From a virus (taxonomy: Duplodnaviria; Caudoviricetes): 64,000 nt of DNA. The position numbers were made by a program, and so were the translations under genes. This document shows positions 44,484 to 53,494 of the stretch, piece after piece; the first letter of the stretch is position 1, and each line of letters starts with the position of its first letter. The stretch is from positions 1 through 64,000 of the IMG/VR virus record IMGVR_UViG_3300033475_000014; one strand, written 5' to 3'. A model generated the notes under the pieces. That model saw nothing but the letters and a program-made list of their open reading frames with translations. It was not told where the DNA came from and did not search any database.

Positions 44484-44534
44484 ATCAATCTGCAATTGGT
44501 ACATCCAGCCTCGTCATGAGGGCTGGTATTTTTT
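44484..44534 (+). ncRNA. Candidate ~50-nt antisense sRNA of phage B
   Basis: TTGACC-17-TATGAT promoter (44449-44477) with extended TG; repeat copy 2 forms its 5' end; CCAGCC/GGCTGG hairpin plus T6. Confidence 0.7.
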
Positions 44535-44818
44535 GTATCAAAATCTCATTTCGTTGTATTACAACAATCTATACGGTATGTTCGCAGCCATACCGGATAA
44601 CTAAAACTGCTGGATTTTTCGCGTGCTGAGACAAATTACCCGCTCTGTTTTCCCTAACAACGGGTGACCTACTCAGTACACGAAAATTACCAAATACATT
44701 GTGGGATGCAAGCCAATAGAACGTTAATAGCGGTGAGGCCCGGGGCTTACAGTTGCATGGTTATAGATTCATAAAGGGGTAGACTTTCCTGCTGGGTTAG
44801 TAGGGGATAGAGGGATAT

Positions 44819-45004
44819 ATGGTTAAAGTTTCTAAAGAAGAATGTGAACACGAGTGGAAGAAGTTCAAGGAAACAGTACGTGTAGAGCGCACAGAGGCTC
44901 AGTTACGTAAGGGACAACATTATACGGGTAACGGTGCTCACTTCATCGTAAGAGCCTGTATGAAGTGCAAGAAGAAACAACGGGTAGACTACATAGTCGA
45001 ATAG
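44819..45004 (+). CDS. Small Zn-binding protein
   Basis: CEHEW...CMKC. Confidence 0.65.
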   Translation: MVKVSKEECEHEWKKFKETVRVERTEAQLRKGQHYTGNGAHFIVRACMKCKKKQRVDYIVE

Positions 45005-45188
45005 GAGGAATAGTTAAAAAATGGTACACAAAATATTATCACTATATACTTTGTGGAGCGTACGTATTAAGATTATCGAAATACGTCATGTAAATGGCCT
45101 AGCACCTCTGTTCTTGTAGGTACCAGGATTCAATTATACGCTCCATGAACCTACGCTATTAATTTTAGTGTGAGAAAGGAGCGTATTT

Positions 45189-46031
45189 ATGTTGCTATCT
45201 GAAGCGATAAGCGAGTTTATTAGATATAAGGTCGTGCGCCGTGGTTCTACCCGCGATACTGAGATTACCTACCGAAGCACTATGAATGGGTTCCTTAAGT
45301 GTGTCGGGGACATTCAAGTAGAAGATTTAACAATTTACACAATAGATTCTTATGCCGATGAGCTATCTCTTAAAGGATACATGCCTAAAACATATCATAA
45401 CAAGATGGCTACTGTTAGAAGCTTTGTAAGATTCCTCTATGCTAAGGACCTTACTAACATACGACCAGAATCTGTAGAACTCCCTAAGTCCGTAAGTCCC
45501 GAGGCTAACTTCCTCTCCCCTGCCGAACAAGAGGTACTGTTATCTGTTATTAAGAAGCCACGTGATCTCGCTATTGTGCGGGTGATGATAGCAAGTGGTG
45601 CCCGAGTGTCAGAACTTACTAATCTGAAATATGACGACTTCTACATTGACTCGATCGTTATCCAGCACGGTAAGGGCGGGAAATCTCGTCCTACTTTTTT
45701 AACTGAACGAGCTGCAGAGAGTTTACAAAACTACCTAAAAACTAAACGAAGAACAGAGTACTTGTTTACAAATAGTTTTGGCGAGAAGCTATCGCGCCAG
45801 TATGTAGCAAGGATAGTCTCACAGTACGCCTCTGACGCTGGTATCGGTAAGAAAGTGACCCCTCATACACTGAGGCACTCATTTGCGACGAATATGCTGC
45901 AGAACGGTGCCCGGGTAGAAATAGTCCAGCCGTTAATGGGGCATGCAAATATTAGGACCACGCTTATATATGCGCACTTCACTAACAATTATCTTAAAGA
46001 AGAGTACCAGAAGTACGCAAGCAAGGCTTAA
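45189..46031 (+). CDS. int: Tyrosine recombinase/integrase (XerC/D-like, no arm-binding domain)
   Basis: GARVSEL, GKGGK.R, HTLRHSFAT, MGHANIRTT.IY; SD AAGGAG. Confidence 0.95.
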   Translation: MLLSEAISEFIRYKVVRRGSTRDTEITYRSTMNGFLKCVGDIQVEDLTIYTIDSYADELSLKGYMPKTYHNKMATVRSFVRFLYAKDLTNIRPESVELPKSVSPEANFLSPAEQEVLLSVIKKPRDLAIVRVMIASGARVSELTNLKYDDFYIDSIVIQHGKGGKSRPTFLTERAAESLQNYLKTKRRTEYLFTNSFGEKLSRQYVARIVSQYASDAGIGKKVTPHTLRHSFATNMLQNGARVEIVQPLMGHANIRTTLIYAHFTNNYLKEEYQKYASKA

Positions 46032-46186
46032 GCTAGCAGAACGCCGCCAAGTAGCAACGATACGAGTACGGCATAGATAACCGCGATAACTAGACATAGA
46101 CGCTCTTTAACGCCGAAACTAGCTAATGTGTAGTGACTAACTGCGTATGCGATAAAGAATAGTAATGTGATTTCTAGTAATTTCAT
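46028..46186 (-). CDS. 52-aa two-TM protein (missed by the ORF track)
   Basis: MKLLEITLLFFIAYAV...; ATGA overlap with the holin. Confidence 0.6.
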   Translation of the reverse strand: MKLLEITLLFFIAYAVSHYTLASFGVKERLCLVIAVIYAVLVSLLLGGVLLA

Positions 46187-46473
46187 AGGTTCCCCTTATT
46201 TAGTGGTTTCGTATCAACGGTAAATGAAGCAGTATCAGTATTTGCCTTATATGCGGCCGTTATAGCCTTCAGGAGCGATAGGAAAGCTGCGAGTAGAGCG
46301 ATACCAATAATGAGTGGAAGGATGCTCATAACCTGCCCAAATGAGCTTACAAGGTCTGCCCCCGTGTTACTTGCTGCAGCTGGTACTAGCACTCCCACAA
46401 CAGCAATGATTGCCTGTGCGAATGTTGATATGGCTCGCTCCGATGCATCTTGCCAGAATAGTTTAGTAAACAT
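46183..46473 (-). CDS. Holin (r1t-like)
   Basis: MFTK.FW.DA.ERAI.TFAQA motif. Confidence 0.8.
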   Translation of the reverse strand: MFTKLFWQDASERAISTFAQAIIAVVGVLVPAAASNTGADLVSSFGQVMSILPLIIGIALLAAFLSLLKAITAAYKANTDTASFTVDTKPLNKGNL

Positions 46474-46481
46474 CTTTCCTC

Positions 46482-47363
46482 CTATTTGATGTTAAATATC
46501 TTTTTAAACCAGCTGACCAGCTGATTAAGTAGAGTATTGTTTGCTTTAACAGTATTGAGGATTTCTGTGTAGTCGTCCTTCTCGGCAACTGGCTTACCTG
46601 AGTCTGGTAGTGTCTGCCCTGAGTTGTCGGTAGTTGTAGGAGACGGAGTAGTGAATTTAGACCTAAGATTAGATGTCACATCAGTGCCATTCACTGTAAT
46701 ACTCGCCGCAGCATTGTTCATGTAGCAATTCCAAGCATTAATATCTTTAGAGAATGCACCGATTTGTTTGCCATCCTTACTTACCTTATAAAGTAGAGAA
46801 CTCACGGGAGTGGATGGAGCTGGCTGGCTAGGCGGTGCTGTTGGAGGTGGAGTAGTTGACTTATTAGTGACGCTTCCCCAATCTGCATTTGATTGTTTTG
46901 TATAACTCATATTATCTAACCTTACAATGTCGTATACGCCAGGACAGGTCGTCCCTGTCCACATATTGTGTGAATAGAGTGGTACATCACCGTAAGCACT
47001 TCTAATGTCTGCAATAAGCTCTGAAACAACGTCATAGTCCTCATCTCTTGCTCGTGGGTCGCACTCTACCCCGATAGTCTTAGCGTTGCCATATGCGCTG
47101 CCCGAGTGCCATGCTACGTCCATTGGAGATACGATGCAAGATACGCGTCGTCCTGTGCCTGTAGCAACATAATGTGCACTCGTATTCCCGTTTATTCTAT
47201 CTAGATAATCTCTAACACCCTCATACAAAGGGTTCTGGTTCGGATCACCCCACCAGTGTATCGTAATGCCCTCTATAGTTCGGTTATAGCCAAACACAGC
47301 AGTAGAGCTAGCTTGAGGCGTGTAGTTTGGTGAGTTGTGTGATGTGTCGTAGCTGTAACTCAT
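46482..47363 (-). CDS. Endolysin (Amidase_2-type N-acetylmuramoyl-L-alanine amidase)
   Basis: ITIHWW...SAHY...AWHSG...IGVE...H...T.CPG. Confidence 0.9.
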   Translation of the reverse strand: MSYSYDTSHNSPNYTPQASSTAVFGYNRTIEGITIHWWGDPNQNPLYEGVRDYLDRINGNTSAHYVATGTGRRVSCIVSPMDVAWHSGSAYGNAKTIGVECDPRARDEDYDVVSELIADIRSAYGDVPLYSHNMWTGTTCPGVYDIVRLDNMSYTKQSNADWGSVTNKSTTPPPTAPPSQPAPSTPVSSLLYKVSKDGKQIGAFSKDINAWNCYMNNAAASITVNGTDVTSNLRSKFTTPSPTTTDNSGQTLPDSGKPVAEKDDYTEILNTVKANNTLLNQLVSWFKKIFNIK

Positions 47364-47364
47364 C

Positions 47365-47691
47365 TTATTCCTTTCGTTTGTAGTTATAGATCATTACCAG
47401 TAGTAAGCTGATAGCCAAGAAGCTTAAGTTCCCCGTAACACTTGAAATGTCTCTTAGTACTGGTGCATCAACTCCGATTGTCCTTAAGATCTGGTAGACA
47501 ACGGATGGGACTGATGCAAGTATTGCGAACGAGAACATCAGTAACATCTGCCACCTAAGTCCCGTTAGCCAGTCACGAGGACGCAGGACCTCTTTGAACT
47601 GTTTAGGTATGATGTAAAACAATATAATTGCAATCGCAATGGAACGGGTGACCAATCCAATAAGGGAGTAAACGTTTATTTCGCCTATCAT
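47365..47691 (-). CDS. Three-TM lysis-region protein
   Basis: Three hydrophobic helices. Confidence 0.7.
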   Translation of the reverse strand: MIGEINVYSLIGLVTRSIAIAIILFYIIPKQFKEVLRPRDWLTGLRWQMLLMFSFAILASVPSVVYQILRTIGVDAPVLRDISSVTGNLSFLAISLLLVMIYNYKRKE

Positions 47692-47882
47692 TTTCTTTTA
47701 TCCCCTCCCGTAGCCAAGAATATCTTCATCGTTACGTCGTCTTTATATAGCTCGAGTAACTCCGCCGGCTTTTTTATCTTTTCGATAGACTTGTTGGCGC
47801 GTTTCAGGTTATTGCGGCGGATAGATTGAATGGATTCCTCAACCTTATCGTCCCGCAATTTCTTTTTCCAAAAGAAAAGCAT
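47688..47882 (-). CDS. Small basic protein
   Basis: Coupled ORF. Confidence 0.6.
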   Translation of the reverse strand: MLFFWKKKLRDDKVEESIQSIRRNNLKRANKSIEKIKKPAELLELYKDDVTMKIFLATGGDKRK

Positions 47883-47884
47883 AG

Positions 47885-48145
47885 CTAGCGCCTCCGGTCG
47901 TTTTCTTTAATCGAAACCAGGATGTCATACATTTTCTCGCTCATCTTCCCTTGCTCTTCGAGTGGCTTGATTACGAAATCAGTTACCTCTTTAGCTTCAG
48001 CAAGTCGCTTTTCTTGAAGGTCGTTATATGCTTTATCCTTGTCTTTTCCGTCTCTGTATAGGAAAACAACCACAATCCCAAGAACAATAAGACCAACGCC
48101 AGCAAGACCGTATTGGTAGAGAATACCTAGTGCTTCGCTACTCAC
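47885..48145 (-). CDS. Single-TM holin-like protein
   Basis: QYGLAGVGLIVLGIVVVFLY. Confidence 0.7.
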   Translation of the reverse strand: MSSEALGILYQYGLAGVGLIVLGIVVVFLYRDGKDKDKAYNDLQEKRLAEAKEVTDFVIKPLEEQGKMSEKMYDILVSIKENDRRR

Positions 48146-48594
48146 TGCAAGACCTCTATAGTGCTACATATATTTGATCCAACATAGGCCCATCCAATCG
48201 AGCCGTCGTCTAGCTTACAAAGCATAATTGGCCGGGCATCTTCACCATCTTTCCCGTCCCGCCCATCCTTACCGTTGACTGGTACTTGTTCGATGGTTTG
48301 CTTTTCTACTACTGTGTTAGTAGAAGTCGAGTCAGTCCCATCTTTCCCGTCCTTGCCAGCTTTTCCTTCAGGACCTGGTGTCTGAGCTTGTGACGCAAGC
48401 TGGTCTACTTTTTTCTGAAGGGCCTTCATGCTTTCAACGTTTGTTGTAATACGGTTGTTCTCACTCACAAGATCTACGTTTACTTTTGCAATTGTAAGGC
48501 TGAAGTACGTAACTATTCCTATGAGAATAATCAAAATAAGAAACCAAGACCAAAGCAGTATACGGCGTAGTCGCTTAGAGTCTTGGTCGCTCAC
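48142..48594 (-). CDS. TM-anchored collagen-like protein
   Basis: TM, coiled coil, GPEGKAGKDGKDG and GKDGRDGKDGED; GTG start. Confidence 0.75.
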   Translation of the reverse strand: MSDQDSKRLRRILLWSWFLILIILIGIVTYFSLTIAKVNVDLVSENNRITTNVESMKALQKKVDQLASQAQTPGPEGKAGKDGKDGTDSTSTNTVVEKQTIEQVPVNGKDGRDGKDGEDARPIMLCKLDDGSIGWAYVGSNICSTIEVLQ

Positions 48595-48595
48595 A

Positions 48596-48985
48596 CTATC
48601 CCCAAACCTCAATATTTAGGTTGTAATTCGTATTAGCTGTAAGTACGTTTAATTTGAGAGTCGTTGCCGTGAAAGAATCAACCGAAACGCTAAGAATTTC
48701 GGTTAAGGTACCTGATACGCGATCGTAGAAGCTTACTATCTTACTATCACTCGATAGAGTTTGGCTACCTGTAGCATCTTGGAACAAAGAATCGACGTGT
48801 TGACGCATCGTTGGAGTTCCTCCGACATTAACAAGTCCACCATACCCAGTTGAGTAGTGGATATATGACTGAGGCCCGTTCCACTTCTGAGATACAGTGA
48901 TTTTGACATTTGTAGGTTGGAACCCTAGGGTTATTGTTTGGATTCCAGTTGTTCCGTAAGCTATTGTTCCGTTAAAGTAGTTCAT
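48596..48985 (-). CDS. Small beta-rich virion-associated protein
   Basis: TITLGFQP motif; position. Confidence 0.7.
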   Translation of the reverse strand: MNYFNGTIAYGTTGIQTITLGFQPTNVKITVSQKWNGPQSYIHYSTGYGGLVNVGGTPTMRQHVDSLFQDATGSQTLSSDSKIVSFYDRVSGTLTEILSVSVDSFTATTLKLNVLTANTNYNLNIEVWG

Positions 48986-49842
48986 TACACAAGCCTCGCT
49001 TTTAGAATCTGTCCAGAGTATGTGTTGTATCCGCCTGTACCCGACTGTACCTGTACGCCAACGTTGTATGTATGGCTACCAGCTGACGGAGTATGCTGAG
49101 CTGCTATAGAGGCTCCTTCGAGACCGCCTGCGTTTGGAATAACCCAATATTTCCTAGCCAGTAGCGTTCCGCTGCCAACTGTCCCTTCCCAGAGGGAGAG
49201 AGAAACATATTGAACACCAACAGTGTTTGTAACGACTATGTTATCTAAGATTATCTCTACGTCTCTACCGCCTGAAGGTACTGTGACAGTAAGTGTTGCG
49301 CCTGTTGCTTGTACATCAGCAGCAGATGATGTACTAAATGATGTAAAGCTAGTGCTTTTACCAAGTGTGATAGCGTTAGTTGCTAATTTTTGACCGGTTA
49401 CGGCACCATCAGCGACTTTCGCTGTCGATACAGACCCATCGGTAATAGTTGTGTTGCCAACACTGTTGTCTTTTAATGTACCGTTCTGGTTGAGCGAAAC
49501 AAGCGTAGCCGCCGTTAAATCATCAGCCCAACGAGCAGTTGCTGCCGCGATAACAGGTGAGCCTGCTGGGTAAATAGTGTCTGTACCGGCAGTAAGAGTA
49601 AGCTGCGTAATGGTATTACCAGAGACGATACCCTTCCAGTCTGTACGACTCCCAACAATCTCATTACCGTTTGAGTCAATCTTGTATAGTACAAATGTGA
49701 CAGGTGTTGAAGTGCCCCAACCTGTTAGGTCGTCGGCATTAAGAAGTGATGCGCCGACGCTCTTCTGTGCTGTGAGGGTAGTTGGGTTCGGGCGAGTACC
49801 GCTCGACGCTACCATTATCTTATCTGTTATTGTCGCGGTCAT
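48985..49842 (-). CDS. Tail fibre protein
   Basis: DGSVSTAKVADGAVT.KLA repeat; C-terminal module shared with 21478-22104. Confidence 0.75.
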   Translation of the reverse strand: MTATITDKIMVASSGTRPNPTTLTAQKSVGASLLNADDLTGWGTSTPVTFVLYKIDSNGNEIVGSRTDWKGIVSGNTITQLTLTAGTDTIYPAGSPVIAAATARWADDLTAATLVSLNQNGTLKDNSVGNTTITDGSVSTAKVADGAVTGQKLATNAITLGKSTSFTSFSTSSAADVQATGATLTVTVPSGGRDVEIILDNIVVTNTVGVQYVSLSLWEGTVGSGTLLARKYWVIPNAGGLEGASIAAQHTPSAGSHTYNVGVQVQSGTGGYNTYSGQILKARLV

Positions 49843-49888
49843 GTAGTACCTCTGTTTTCTTAATTATAGTTTTCGTTTATTGGTAAAA

Positions 49889-52204
49889 TTAGCTGTCGCT
49901 ATCGAGTAGACCGATGTTTACGCTTTCCACGATTACGTCTGAAAGCTGATAGTTAGTACCAGCAACTGAAGAAGAGACTTCCCAGGACACGTAATTCATG
50001 TCCTCATCAATCTCGATCTGTACTTTTTGTCGTGGAACGCCTGAAGAAATCGGTATATTAACCGTTTGTCCCCATCCTAGGACGCCCCAACCAGCTTCGC
50101 CCCAACCGGCAGGTAGGTTTGTAGGTGCGTATGTCCTAGAGTCCACAGCAACTGTTGCTTGGTCGTCATCTTCAGTCCTACCGAAGATTGAGAAATTAAT
50201 GGTTCCTTTTGGTCTAAGTAGAATGAACGTCATCCTTGTAACGGTTGCCCATTCCTCGCCGTCATCAGAGAACCTTAACTGACCGCTCGTTATATCTGTA
50301 GGAAAGGCTAGAGACCCATCCATAGTTGCCTGAATGGTAGAAAACTCGTAGATGACATTACCACTTAGCACTATATGGTGTGTCATACCTGAATTGTCTT
50401 CATACAAGGTCATCCAGTCAGCAGAAACGTTGTATGGGAGCATCCAGGCACCCTTACGTTTACTGTTTCCTAGGTCGAGCAGCCATATCTGATTATTTGT
50501 ATCCGATCCTACCGGGAGCGCCCAGTAAACTATTCCGTCCCTTGTTGTCTGTACGCACGAGTCCATCGCCTGGATGTTAAGGTTTTTAACGTCTGTTTCG
50601 ATGTTCTCTGAGATAGTTTCGGTCGAGAGAATGTTCTGGATTTGAGCTTTAGTGAAAGTACTCTTAAACCCATCCCTCGAAGGGTAAATTAGTTGGTCTT
50701 GGATAGATGCAATACCGTCAGGTGAGTCGGTACCATCCTGGCCGTTGTCTTCTTTCACATCGAAGTAAGTAATAACTTCACCACCTACAGTGACGTTCGC
50801 GTCCTGCATCGTGTGGCGTTTACCAGCACCGTTCGTTCCCTTAGAAATAACCATAGGTACAGGATCTCCCTGGCCAGTCCTAAATGGCTTTACGTTTACA
50901 GGAATGTATTTAGTGCCTTTACCGATTGATACCCACCCACCACCGTTATATGGTGAGAAATCGAGCGCGTATGCACCTTTGCCTCCGAACCGCACGTAGT
51001 CAACGTGGTCTGAGTCTCCGGTAAGGAATACCTGGCCGTTGATTTCTGTTCCCCTGGTTACTTTTGGACCTGCGGTGGTATCGGCAATAGGCGCTTGGTG
51101 CGTTACGTCTTTTGAAGACGAGCCATCGTCCTTAAACGAAGTTCCAGTGATAGCTGAAGCGATTAAATACTGCGCCCCAGATGTTTCACCTATGTATAAG
51201 TTGTAGCTTTGGGCACCAGATACTGCTGACCAGCTAATCGTGAGGAAGTTAGTAGTATTGTCCCAAGCGCCGCGTACAAGTGAGACCTGCTTGCTCGCGA
51301 TAGGTGAGCCAGCAGTTTCTCCGACCGTACTATTAGCTGTGACGGTGTAGTAATAGGTGTAGGTTGTACCAGATAGCCCGGTGGCAGTGATTGTTGGTAT
51401 TGTAGGGGTCGTCAAAGCGGTAAATGGGACTACTCCTAGTGTGAGGGTGTCAAGGTAGGAGAGGCTATCTACGCCGTTCATCACAAGGACCTTATTATCT
51501 ATCTGGCAGAAGTGTCCGTTTGCTGAATTACTGTAGGTTTTACCAGTTACTTTCGTCCATGATAAGTCCTCACCTCGAGCGATATGTACGTAGGTGGTAT
51601 TACCGCCCTTAAGAGTCTCTGTAATGGCGATGGCTGGAGAAGTTCCGCCCGTAAGACTGCTGGTTGAAGTGATAGCGGGTACGTCTGTGTTAGCGTAGAC
51701 ACCGCCGAAAGTTATAACAATTGGCGTACCTGGTAGATTACCACCAGTACAAACCACATCCCCTGGTGCGATATTGGATAGCGCGATTAAAGCAGTTTGA
51801 ACAGTTGAAGCAGATGCGTTGTAGGCTATGGCGCTTGTAGTCTGACCTGAGAATGTAAGTGTGAATGTGCCACCTGTTGGAGTACCGGTGATTGTAAGGG
51901 TTTGTACTTCATTCTGTGGGATGGTCTGAAGGGAGATCATCCTGTTCGTGGTTGTTGTACCTACAGTTGAGCGAAACTCATATATCTCGCCAAGAACTGT
52001 ACCAGCTGGCTGCGGGCCATATTGAACAAGAGAAGGACGAGGCCCAATCGTACCATCCTGGTAAAGACGTACGTTCACAGCCTTAGAGAGGCCGTCATTT
52101 GGTGTACGGCCAATATCTAGCTGGCTGTTATATCCGCCAACCCATGCCCTATTACTCAGTCGATCTATAGTAGGCGGTTTAGTTATTTTAGGAACCGGTA
52201 TCAC
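49889..52204 (-). CDS. Tail nozzle / head-stabilisation protein with an inserted beta domain
   Basis: W.GG.NS...NVRL..DG....RP N-terminus; follows the adaptor. Confidence 0.75.
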   Translation of the reverse strand: MIPVPKITKPPTIDRLSNRAWVGGYNSQLDIGRTPNDGLSKAVNVRLYQDGTIGPRPSLVQYGPQPAGTVLGEIYEFRSTVGTTTTNRMISLQTIPQNEVQTLTITGTPTGGTFTLTFSGQTTSAIAYNASASTVQTALIALSNIAPGDVVCTGGNLPGTPIVITFGGVYANTDVPAITSTSSLTGGTSPAIAITETLKGGNTTYVHIARGEDLSWTKVTGKTYSNSANGHFCQIDNKVLVMNGVDSLSYLDTLTLGVVPFTALTTPTIPTITATGLSGTTYTYYYTVTANSTVGETAGSPIASKQVSLVRGAWDNTTNFLTISWSAVSGAQSYNLYIGETSGAQYLIASAITGTSFKDDGSSSKDVTHQAPIADTTAGPKVTRGTEINGQVFLTGDSDHVDYVRFGGKGAYALDFSPYNGGGWVSIGKGTKYIPVNVKPFRTGQGDPVPMVISKGTNGAGKRHTMQDANVTVGGEVITYFDVKEDNGQDGTDSPDGIASIQDQLIYPSRDGFKSTFTKAQIQNILSTETISENIETDVKNLNIQAMDSCVQTTRDGIVYWALPVGSDTNNQIWLLDLGNSKRKGAWMLPYNVSADWMTLYEDNSGMTHHIVLSGNVIYEFSTIQATMDGSLAFPTDITSGQLRFSDDGEEWATVTRMTFILLRPKGTINFSIFGRTEDDDQATVAVDSRTYAPTNLPAGWGEAGWGVLGWGQTVNIPISSGVPRQKVQIEIDEDMNYVSWEVSSSVAGTNYQLSDVIVESVNIGLLDSDS

Positions 52205-52773
52205 GTTCTAACTCCTTTAAATTTAACCTCTGCAGCTAGTCGAGCGGCTAAGGCTTCGGAGAAGTCACTAAACTTCCCTAGATGCATGAGCTTGTAGTTG
52301 ATACATATGCTCGCGTACCAAGCCTTGTCACGCTTGTGAAAATACACTCCCGTATGCCCTGATTTGTTTTTCTTAAATATTCTTCTGTTATTTACCTGTT
52401 GCTGTGCGGTTGCCCATCTGCAATTAGACGGCTCGTAGTTACCGTCAACATTAATGCGATCTATGGTCGTTCCTATCGGCCTGGGTCCCATATCCTTCAC
52501 AAACTGTTTGAACCCATCACGACCAAGCCAAGACTCTGTTATTTCTATACCTCTACCGCCGTAATTGTTATAGTTTGGGCAGTTTTGGTTTAGACATCGG
52601 TATTTTATATCCATGTATGTTTTATAAAGAGGATGCTTAGTAAGGCCCTGATTTTCATTTCTTGTGAGTTTCAAAGGGTCACCATTTCTTTTTACACGTT
52701 GCCAGTGTAGAGAACAGTACCCCTTTGCAAAGAATGGTTTCGAGCAATCTTTTACTAAACAAATTCGGTTCAT
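52201..52773 (-). CDS. HNH endonuclease with AP2-like domain
   Basis: YGGRGI...DMGPRP...IDRINVDGNYEPSNCRWAT; SGHTGVYF...W.A.I. Confidence 0.85.
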   Translation of the reverse strand: MNRICLVKDCSKPFFAKGYCSLHWQRVKRNGDPLKLTRNENQGLTKHPLYKTYMDIKYRCLNQNCPNYNNYGGRGIEITESWLGRDGFKQFVKDMGPRPIGTTIDRINVDGNYEPSNCRWATAQQQVNNRRIFKKNKSGHTGVYFHKRDKAWYASICINYKLMHLGKFSDFSEALAARLAAEVKFKGVRT

Positions 52774-52774
52774 A

Positions 52775-53494
52775 CTACTCTACTCCTAGCGGTTCACCTG
52801 TTGAGTTACGGTATGGGTTCGTGTATCCTTCTCCACCGAAGGTTTCACCTAGAACACTCGGGTAAAGTTCAATTTGCGAGATAGACCCGGAGTTACGTTC
52901 TTTCATTCCTTCTAGGAGGTTGTTTGCATCACCTACAAGGTTTCCAAGCTGATTCTGTTTGGTTACTGAGTTACGTACAGATTCTGCCGCAATCATAGTA
53001 GCGAGCCACTCAGGGTCTGGTATGAGCACCTCGTCGGTTGTCTGTGTGAAGTCTTCAGGCTTAATATGCGCGGGTACAGTAACGGTGCCGTTGTATTGGG
53101 TATCTGTAGAAGTGAAAGTCTTACTAAAGATCAACTCTTGTCCGATAATCGTACAGGTACCGGGGTATCGGTAGCGTTTAAACTCTCCAGGGGTAACATA
53201 TTGCCAGTAAGTTTCCTGGGTGCTGTTCGGGGTGGTGATAACAACAGGGTCTTTTTCATCCCTATGGATTGCGTAAATAGTGTCGTCTAACGTAACTCGG
53301 TCACTCGTAATGGTACCGAGGTCAATTCGGTCGTATGTCCAATCCCATTGCACTCCAGGTTCACGGATTAACTTCTTCTGAAGCATGTTACCTAGAGCAA
53401 GGAATTTAATATATTGGGCCGATGTAGTCTCAAGGGCTGTTGCTTTACCCTTACCTATGAGCCAAGCGTCTTGGATAACTTCCTGGATGGTCAT
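52775..53494 (-). CDS. Head-tail adaptor
   Basis: Position; VLIPDPEWLA.M.AAE motif. Confidence 0.7.
   Translation of the reverse strand: MTIQEVIQDAWLIGKGKATALETTSAQYIKFLALGNMLQKKLIREPGVQWDWTYDRIDLGTITSDRVTLDDTIYAIHRDEKDPVVITTPNSTQETYWQYVTPGEFKRYRYPGTCTIIGQELIFSKTFTSTDTQYNGTVTVPAHIKPEDFTQTTDEVLIPDPEWLATMIAAESVRNSVTKQNQLGNLVGDANNLLEGMKERNSGSISQIELYPSVLGETFGGEGYTNPYRNSTGEPLGVE

Noticed and set aside
44012-44507. CRISPR array or mini-array from the 26-bp direct repeat
   Set aside because: Only two copies 470 bp apart, no cas genes, and one copy is the 5' end of a promoter-terminator unit.
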